NCBI GenBank assembly: GCA_951406725.2
Contig: OX597814.1
Coordinates: 132,680,001 to 132,744,000 of the forward strand
DNA from: Octopus vulgaris
Taxonomy: Eukaryota
Reading direction: 5' to 3'
Length of the DNA: 64,000 nucleotides
Positions 54,801 to 64,000 of the stretch are shown here, one piece after another (positions within the stretch are counted from its first letter, which is position 1; each line of letters begins with the position of its first letter). The notes under the pieces are model-generated. The model did no database searches. It was given only the letters and a program-made list of their open reading frames with translations, and had not been told where the DNA came from. Position numbers and translations under genes: made by a program.

Positions 54801-55554
54801 TTCTTTTTTTCATCACACACACCAAAATGTCTGACAATCCACTGCAGCAAGTAAACAAGAACAAATTCTTGCAGAAGACTGTTGAATACATACTCATATG
54901 ATAAGACAACAAAGACAGAATGAAAAATATACTGGAATTAGAATTGCTATAGAAATTCAACAATAGAAAGAGTAAAATATAAAGGAACGGATCGTGTATT
55001 AAATAAAAGACAGTTCCTTGGGATACGAGATAGCTTAAATAACATTTTTTAATATTTATATAAAAATCCATCTCGCCGTAAGCTGTTTTCGTTACCGTGA
55101 ATATTACTATATAATGGCGATATATTTGTGGCATTAGCTTCTCAAGCAACTTGCTTGTAAGAGCTGATTTGAGATGCATAGTAAAAGGATTAAGTAATCA
55201 TGAGTGTGAGCAATATTCAATTACTTCCATTAATTCGTTTTCTATTGAGTTTGTTGACCGAACGACTTACTTCTTTGTTTTTGATAATAAAATTAATAAT
55301 AAGCACTGAACCGACATAAAAGAAACATGAATGCCATGTTTAGAGGATTAAGTCTAATCATTATTCTGCATTAAAAGTCTACTTTGTATTTTTTCGGGAC
55401 AAGCCTGAGAGCAGATCTACATGGTAAAATGGAGCCATATTTGGTCTTTCTAATTGAGGATATCGCTCGAAGTGTATTGAAGAACATACTGATCGAAGAT
55501 CTCTCAGAAATCAATTTAAGAGGATCAAGATGAATTGAACAAACGTAAACAATA

Positions 55555-55764
55555 GAGGGAGTGCTAAAAATTTCCTGGCTTTAAGGGTGTCGAGAAAGGC
55601 CTGGCTGGAGATCCAATCTTCCAAGTTCTTTTATAAGACTTTAAAAAATTTGAAGACCCGCTGCAATGTGTGTAAATCTGAGAGGGGAATATGTTGAATA
55701 AAATCATAATTGATCCTCCACTGTTTCCTTTTATTCAAACCCGGGAAATTTTCAGAACCCCTCT
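55555..55764. mobile_element. Mariner-derived MITE
   Basis: Imperfect TIRs gagggagtgctaaaaatttcctgg / ccgggaaattttcagaacccctc, TA flanks; internal tgtgtaaatctgagaggggaatatgttgaataa resembles a mariner C-terminus. Confidence 0.7.
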
Positions 55765-57149
55765 TATTTAACATAAAAGATATCAAATACCCGGGCCACT
55801 TGAACCGAAGCTTTACGATCATCTCTACTGATCGTGTGTATGTGTGTGTGTGTTGTGCGCGCGCGCGCGTCTGTGTGCATGTTTGTGCACGTGTGCGTGT
55901 GTGTATTGCGTGCGCGTGTGTAATTGTGTGTGTATACTTGAATATGTATCGCAGTAGTGAATCTCCGACATTCGACAGGATTCAGTTGTTCGAACTAATT
56001 ACCTGATCCTTAATTAACATATAACTGGCCTAGCAAGCCACAGACATTTATACCTCCAAGTAATTCTCAACTAGAATCAAATGTACCTTTGGAATTACGA
56101 GTGAAACTTGTTCGATGTCATTTGGTAATGTTTCCGTTTCCTAGATTCCATTTAGAAAGTATGGGTTAAATCGATGCTAAAGAAAATGATGCTGACCCGA
56201 GATGCTGTACAGTCTAACTGAATCCGGCACCTGGCTGGTACGAATAAAAACTATTCCGTAATCATTCGGCCAAACAACGCATATACATATGCGCATGCAC
56301 ACGAACACACACGCACACACATGTACACACACACGCACGCACACACACGCGCGCACACACACATATAGGCATGCGTATGTGTGTGTATACCTCTATGCAT
56401 GTGTTTCTGTGATTTTCAGAGCGAAACTCTGCGAAAGCCCTCATAAATATTGATTCCCACGATTGGTCCTCAAATCCTATAGAATCCTACAGTCACCATC
56501 TTTTAAATAAGACGTATTATGTGATTTCACTATCTTAGCTTGGCTAAGTCAATCCCTGTCTAGCCATCATTTGCAACACTCCTACAGGTATGACTGGCGA
56601 TCTTATAGTATCGTTAACGCGTCGGACAAAATGTTTAGCTCATATTGTTTCGACGAAAAGGAAGTCCTAGTATTAGTTCGACAAAAATAGCGAAAAAATT
56701 TCAAAATTGGTTTGTATTAAAATATATGCTTCGTCTATCTCTTGTAAATGACCCAGCCCTAGGCATGAATGAAACATGCTTCCAAGATCTCAGAAGGGTA
56801 TCTCAAACTCGGATCAGCGTTCAAACAACTAGTGGATCGAAAAAGATATCGAGCTTTAACGATATACAAACGCTCAGAATTTCTATGCTTGTACCAAAGG
56901 ACTGAACTGCAAAACACGAGCTTCAACCGATAAAGATGTTCTCAGTACCTTCCTCAGCATCTTTCACAGCCATAAATATCGAAAGCACCAATTTTTTCAT
57001 AAATTCTGCGATGCCACCAAATGGATGAAAGAAAGAAAATCGGCTGGTCCAGGGAACATCCTTTTGGAACTCACACAGTATAGCATACTCACGCAGAATA
57101 GTATACAATGTGTAAGCGCATTTAATAATGTAACTGACTCTGAATTATG

Positions 57150-58050
57150 AAGCAGGTTTAAATATACGGTATGAACTTTTGTTGCTTCTCACTATTGAAT
57201 CTTACGCAATTTCTTACCGTTAGGTCTGTTGTTATTCTGTAAAGTTGGCTCCTTGTTCTTTCAGTGACTTGGATTCTCTTTTTCAATTTATCATGGTATG
57301 TCGTTTGAAGAATTTGGCGTATCCTGCAGTTCTTTTTCAGTGTTAGTGCATTTTGAAATATAATATTGTAGGACACTTCTTTATCTATCTTTTTTTTTTC
57401 TATTTTGGATTATGAGTCGAAATGTAAAGTAAGACTTTCACTTTTGACTTATTTGTTTGTTTTGTTTGTTTTATTAGTTTTATTACCTGTTATTAATATT
57501 CTTGGCTTGTATTGCATTTTCGATTAAGGATGGTGAAGAATACTGACCAATGAGTATATCGTTTGTTCCTGAAACTTATGGCACGGATGTTTTCATTGGA
57601 TACAATTGTGAAGAAACTTTTTGCAAGATTATAAGGATATTTATCCTTGTGTGTCTCAGACGGCACAAATTGAAAGCTAGATATTGTTTAGAGTCCCCAG
57701 ATTTGGAGTATATAGCTGTCTCTATTTTGTTGATGACATTTTAATTATGTCTAAAATGGGAGTTGGTCTTGGCTATATTCCATGTCAAATTGTGTTCCAT
57801 AAATTTCGTTCTATAAAATGAAAGAATCGTCGAAGTAATTTTTCTGGTACTGTCGTATATTTTTAAGGAAATTTTCCATATAATAATCGGATAAATTCAA
57901 AACTGCTACCATGAAGATTAATTTAATTTAATTCATTTCAGTTTCCCTTTTCCCATTCCACGAAGAAATCGTTATATACAACTGATTGCATATTTTAATG
58001 AAAATGTAAATATTTTGTCCCTTTATTCATGATACAGTTCTCAAAACATT
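57150..58050 (-). mobile_element. Degenerate Penelope-like RT C-terminal region
   Basis: DSKQYLAFNLCRLRHTRINIL.. resembles the PLE 'QYL.F.SCHP.HTK.NIP' motif; many stops. Confidence 0.55.
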
Positions 58051-58331
58051 TCCCCTTTTGTTTTTAATATAAATTTTCTCGTGTTAATTCCAGTAACATT
58101 TTCAAATTCAAATTTACAAAAACAAAAGACGAAGACAGGTGAATAAACAACACAAAAGTGTATTAGTTTGACGCTGGAGAAGACTGGAAAAGTCTTTGAC
58201 GTTTCGAGCCTATGCTCTTCGAGAGAAAGGATTGAGAGGAGAAAATTGGAAAGAACGAAAAAACAGAAAGAGAAAAATATGTAAGGATTAAGGCTTCAAC
58301 ATGATGAATATATATATATATATACACACAT

Positions 58332-58443
<112 letters not shown>

Positions 58444-58462
58444 GTATGTATATGTGAAGTAC

Positions 58463-58834
58463 ATTTGCCATTTGAATGTGGCTAATCACTAAGAGTGGAT
58501 GCTACTGTAGCAAGTAGCCCAGGTGAACATCTCCAACTGGCTATTGACACACTTTCTGTACCATTTTTGTCACTGGAGAAATAATTTATGTGTTTGCATT
58601 GAGACCCCTTCGCATCGAAGACCGGTGATTGTCGTGCGCTGACGACGGGTAAATGCCAAAAAATTCGGTTCCGTGCGTATCACGTCAGGTCGTCGATGGG
58701 AAGGTTGGTCTCCCTTTGCAAATACCGATAGGGCATAGAAAGTGTGTCAATAGCCAGCTGCAGAAGATGTTCTCCTGGGGCTACAAGCTACAGCAGCATC
58801 CACCCTTAGTGGTTAGCCGCATTCAAATGCAAAT
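58463..58834. mobile_element. ~370-bp foldback (hairpin) element
   Basis: Outer arms 58463-58560 / 58733-58834; inner arms gagaccccttcgcatcgaagacc / ggtcgtcgatgggaaggttggtctc. Confidence 0.75.
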
Positions 58835-59838
58835 ATACATCACGTTGTCGTGCAGCTACTGTTTATACATCGTTCAGAGATTTATTATGTATGTATATAT
58901 GTATAAAAAAATATATGTATATGTACATATATACATATATGTATGCACACATGTTTATATATGTAGAGAGGGGGGAGAGTAAGAGAGAGAGAGGAGAGAA
59001 GCACAAAAGCAGGTGAATTATGCTATGCATTTTAAATTCGCTTGCTCGCGTTTCGTAGGCGTTGGTATTACATAATCCTGTGATTTATTAATCATGTACA
59101 CTCATCGATTCTTTTTTATTGACTAGGATTATACGTAGCTCGATAAATTGACGCCAACACATCCTTCACAAAATTTCATCATACAGATTGGAATAGAAAA
59201 CAAAAGACATTTTAAGGGAGCTAAATAATTTTAAATAAACTTTTTGTCAAAACAAGTGGCGAATGTTTGTGCCAGCAAACCTACTGAAAGTAGTATTGAG
59301 ATACTATATGGGAAACTTCTCACCACGCTTAAACTATTATTCACCTCACAAATATAGCCGAAGCCCTTCATAAGGTATGTCATATAGTTCACAATGGGAT
59401 GTCATCTGATCATTGTCAATGTAAATATAGGCTTTGGGAGGAAGACGAATTACAGTGAATCGCAAAATCAATAATCAGTAAATTATTTACAAATGGATAG
59501 ATTCTGTTTAGAAGAGAAGTTTAAATTTGAGGATGATGGCAGTACGGTTACGATAATCAATGCTAAAAACTTAATTCAAAATTAATTAGAAATAAGTTGA
59601 AAATAAAAACAAGAATATATTGAGTAAATCGAAATAAATGAAAAAAATGAAACTTAAAATTAATAGAAAGATAATTAAATATTGAAAAATAATTTTCTAA
59701 AACGGAAAAATAATTGAAAAATAATTAAATAATCTAACTGAGTTTTAGGATTTAAATAATATTAACAAAAATAACAACAACAACAACAACAACACCAACA
59801 ACAACAACAATAATAATAATAATAATAATAACAACAAC

Positions 59839-59871
<33 letters not shown>

Positions 59872-59889
59872 CATAATAATAAAAATAAT

Positions 59890-60229
59890 AATAAAAATGA
59901 TGATAATAATAATGCCAGTGATTGTACGAGCACTTGGAATGGTGAGAAAAGGAAGTGAAAACTATTTAAGAATGATCCCCTGGCTTACCATCCATGCAGG
60001 AAGTCCAAAATTGAGAAGAGCATTGTCGCTTTGAATTTTCTTTCCTTTTTCTTCCTGTATTTTATATGTTTACCTTTTTATTTTTTATTTTTTTCTCTGA
60101 TTTCCCTTTTTTCTCTGTCACATGACTATGTTTATTTTAATGACCTACCAAAATATACAGTGCATTTCTCTGCCCTAGGTGTCAGGAAGACACTCGGGAA
60201 GAAATGGAAATAGAATTGAAAGAAGATGC

Positions 60230-60280
<51 letters not shown>

Positions 60281-61530
60281 TTTACTTGACCTCTAACTCT
60301 CCTCAGTTTTTTATGTCCATATGTCTGATGTTCCCATCAGACATTTTACTTCGTGTCATTTCCTAAATTTCCTTCTTTTCATCTTACTGAAGATGTATGT
60401 GAAATTGAATCGTGGGCTTGGTTAAAAAAGGAGCAATTAAAAAAAACAATTACAGAGCCTAATTGTAGCAGCCTGTGATCAAGTGATAAAAACAAACAAC
60501 TTGAGAAAAAATATATATCGAGCCAATTTCAGAAAAATACAGAGCCTGTGGAACTTGAAAGGAGGCAGTGGTACACATTGTGGAAGAATGCCTCAAGATG
60601 GCACAGGAAGAATATAAAAAAATGAGGCACGAGCAGGTTGTAAAAGTTTTACACTGGAAACTGTGCCAAAAATGAGGGTTTTAAGTTGGAAACACATGGT
60701 ACAATCACCGAGTCGAAAGAGTACTTAAGTCGGAGAAACGTAAGATTTTGTGGGACTTTCCTATTCAAATGGACAAGAAGTTAGAAAATTATTGACCGGA
60801 CATAGCAATTATAGATAAGGAAAAACAAATTTGCTTATTAATCGACACATTGTGCCTGTTTGATTTCAGGATCGTAAAAAGGAAGAAAAAATACAATCCC
60901 TTAGATTTTGAAATAGGAAGAATTTGGAGCATGAGAACAGTAAAGGTCCTGTTTATAATAATTGGTGCGTTGGGAACAGTAATCAAATATATAGACAAGT
61001 GACCGAAGGAGATTGGAATAGAATGCCCGGTAGAACTCCTACAAAAAGTTTGTTCCTTAGGAATAGCACGGATTATCAGGAGGGTTCTAAGCACTTGAAA
61101 GACTGCTGAAATCTTGTGGGTACCTAAGGTTACAGGTAGTAACCCGCTAATAGCATAAATCTTACCAGCAATAAGCCCGCACCTCAAACAAACCAAAATA
61201 ATAATAGCAATCGAGATAGCATGACAAGAGGATCAAAGAGAAAGAAGAAACATTGAACAATTACAACGATTTGAAGTGGGAAATACGAAGGCTGTAGTCA
61301 ATGAGATGAGCAGACGCGATACTAATAGTAAGCGGTGCACTTGTAAGTATCAGCACTCAACTACCAACATGGTTCAAAATAATTGGTACAAATGTAAAGA
61401 TAAAACACCCACGAAAATCAGCTTTGCTTGAAACTGCAAGAATTCTTCGCAGGGTTCTTGAAGCATTACCAGTAAACAAGTGTCACCTTAGTCTGCTGAC
61501 TGTGGACAGCTGACGCCTTCATACCCAGCA
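59890..61530 (+). mobile_element. Three stacked R4/Dong-like 3' ends (~59890-60230, ~60440-61200, ~61205-61530) among (AAT)n tracts
   Basis: PVIVRALGMV; IVAACDQ..RHEQVVKVLHWKLC..ILWDFPIQMD..PDI..LLID..IIGALG; DLKWEIRRL..SGAL..LLETARILRRVL. Confidence 0.8.
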
Positions 61531-61563
61531 AATAATAGTAATAACAACAACAACAATAATGAA

Positions 61564-61652
<89 letters not shown>

Positions 61653-61759
61653 CGACGACGACGATGATGATGATGATAAAAGTAATAAAATAACAATTAT
61701 GACAATAGTAATATATACAATAACAATAAAATTTAGAAGAATAAGTAAAAGAATTTTGA

Positions 61760-63640
61760 AGACATAAATAATGCCATTTTTATTATGTAAGATAAATTAA
61801 GTATACTAGACCGAAAAGCCACTGCTAACCCATTATATTAAGGTGCACTAATCATTGCTCCATTTCTCAAGGAAAGATTTAAAGGTTCTTCAATATAAGT
61901 GTAAATATCTTTACATTAATTCATTTCTTTTATTTAATATGTTGCATTTGGATGTAAGGCTATGCAGTGTCTCCCCATCGGGTAAGTTGCATTATTTTAA
62001 TTCACCACCGTTATACGGTAGTGCACTAGTTATAGACCATTAAATATTATAGACCAACTTTCCTCTCTCCAAAGGAATTAAAGCATTAAAACTTTTTATC
62101 TAAATTTAAATTATGACTATACAATTTTGACTTGAAATCATTTCTGTATTTTAACTGAACATTTGTAAACTAAGTTCTTTCTTAAGTATTGGTTATCCAG
62201 TGGATATTTTAGGCGATTTTGACAGTTACATAAACGTATTAGCCTGTTATTGCGAGATTTCAATTTGAAATGTTTATATTTCATCTATCCTCATTATTAG
62301 CTGTTGAGCTAGGAATCTCATCTATATTAAATTATGAAACATCTTATATACACCTGATTTCCTTATATAAACTGAACGTTTCAAAATTATGTGTAACCTT
62401 AGGTAGGCTTTAATCACTATTTTTTCCTTTAAAATATAATTACTACTACTGTGATCATTACTGTCAATATCATTACTCACAACATTATTAGTGTCACTAC
62501 TATATAGACAAATGGACGAATGAGGTTGGAATAGAATGCCCAGTAGATCTACAAACAGTTTGTTTCTAAGGGACTGCAAGGATTATGAGGAGGGTTCAAT
62601 GTTATTATTATTGCTACTACTATCCCTACCGATATTAAATGAGTTGGTTATATCATTTTCAATAAACACTTTTAACTTCTTTGAATTATGTGCTGAATAA
62701 GCAAATGTAACCGTATATAAATAGCTTAACCAGGATTCCTTGGTGGCGGGAAATGCTTTGCCAGAGCAATGAAAAGAAATTCCTTGTACACTTTCTAGCA
62801 TTAGTCCTAGAATTGCTATTTTTTTAATGTATATTGTTATTAGTAAATACCTGAGGGGAATCATATTTCTCTTGTTGGTTCAAGTCTTATTATTTTCATT
62901 TCCATTATGATATCTACTAGTCTTTTTATCATAAGAAAAACCGTTATTATCACTTCTTTTTTATCCACATTACTACTATCAATACTACTATCGTTACTAC
63001 TATCAATACCATTAGTGTTATCCTATTACGACTATGTTTAGATTTTATAATAATTTTATTAAAAGTAATTTGACCCTCTAGGTTCCCACTGCTATTTTCA
63101 CTTTTTATATCACTGTTTCTGTTCATTTTTGTTCGAAGTTGCATATCTTATTTTGATCTTCCTTTCTCTAGTTAATAAATCTCATTGTATTGTCCGTTTC
63201 GTTAAAGTGTGCCCTAATAATTTCATTATTACTATTATGGTGATCTCTATCACTATTCATCAATTCCCTTACTTCTTTATCCTTGTGTATCTTTTCTCGC
63301 ACCATTAGCAATATAATAAATGTTTTGTGTATAACCAAATTTAGCTACGGCTCAGTTATAGAATTTTATGTTTTGTTTAAATATTTTGTCAGCATGAGTT
63401 ACTTTATAGATTCTAAGATAGACGATCCTAACGATAGAATTTATAATTGTTTTTGGATGATTACATTTTAGACTTATGTATTTGAGGTTCCCATTTGTTT
63501 TGTGGTATGGATGATGTAGCTCCGTACTCAGTTCTAAAGAAACATCCAGGAAATTATCTTTTTTCACGTCCCTCTCTAAGGAACCTTAATACACTTATAA
63601 ACAGTAAATAGAGCATCAGCCCTATATACTTCCCACCAGC
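61760..63640 (-). mobile_element. Degenerate Penelope-like element (RT C-terminus towards GIY-YIG)
   Basis: NFLDVSLELSTELHHPYHKTNGNLKYISLKCNHPKTII..IFKQNIKFYN; left boundary approximate. Confidence 0.65.
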
Positions 63641-64000
63641 TTTGAAAATTCTTGTTTAGACATTTTAATGGGAGCCACTCAGGCAGAACCGGCATCGACC
63701 ACACTCAAATGGTGCTTTTTACGTGCCACCAGCACAAGTGCCTACTAAACATGTTACTTGAGCTGAGTCGCTGTACCCCATCGCTACATCAAAACTATTT
63801 GATCCGTCACATCTGAATTTTCAACCATATTCTGTGACCATATACAGAATTTACTAGGCGTATGAACTTCGTATATAGAAGCAGGACAAGCAGTGGATTG
63901 CAAAGACTTTCACTAACCAATTTGACTAGACAGGCTTACCTCCTACAGCGTGCTTAAAAAGTATTCACCTGGATTTTAAAATCTTTTTCTTGCATACAGA

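Noticed and set aside
63931-64000. Minus-strand exon ending at GAG|gtaagc
   Set aside because: All three frames contain stops within the visible 61 nt; the window edge prevents further assessment.

Overview
AT-rich eukaryotic DNA crowded with microsatellites and repeats. The tRNA-derived SINE families and the dense (TA)n, (GATA)n and (AAT)n tracts suggest an octopus or other cephalopod genome (inference). I recognise no intact host gene and no intact transposon ORF. The window holds several modular SINE families, RTE, L1/Tx1 and R4/Dong-like non-LTR retrotransposon fragments, many Penelope-like element (PLE) ends, decayed Tc1, mariner DD34D, DD41D, maT-like and pogo/Tigger transposons, MITE/foldback elements and a non-autonomous Helitron end. 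The strongest observations are: (1) a 537-bp near-perfect palindrome in a TA tract with a type I hammerhead ribozyme motif on each strand; (2) a SINE whose middle matches the 5' UTR of an RTE LINE in the same window; (3) a ~750-bp direct duplication around a LINE fragment; (4) stacked, strand-consistent R4/Dong insertions in (AAT)n; (5) a tentative chain of phase-compatible small minus-strand exons. All alignments were done by eye, and boundaries of degenerate elements are approximate.
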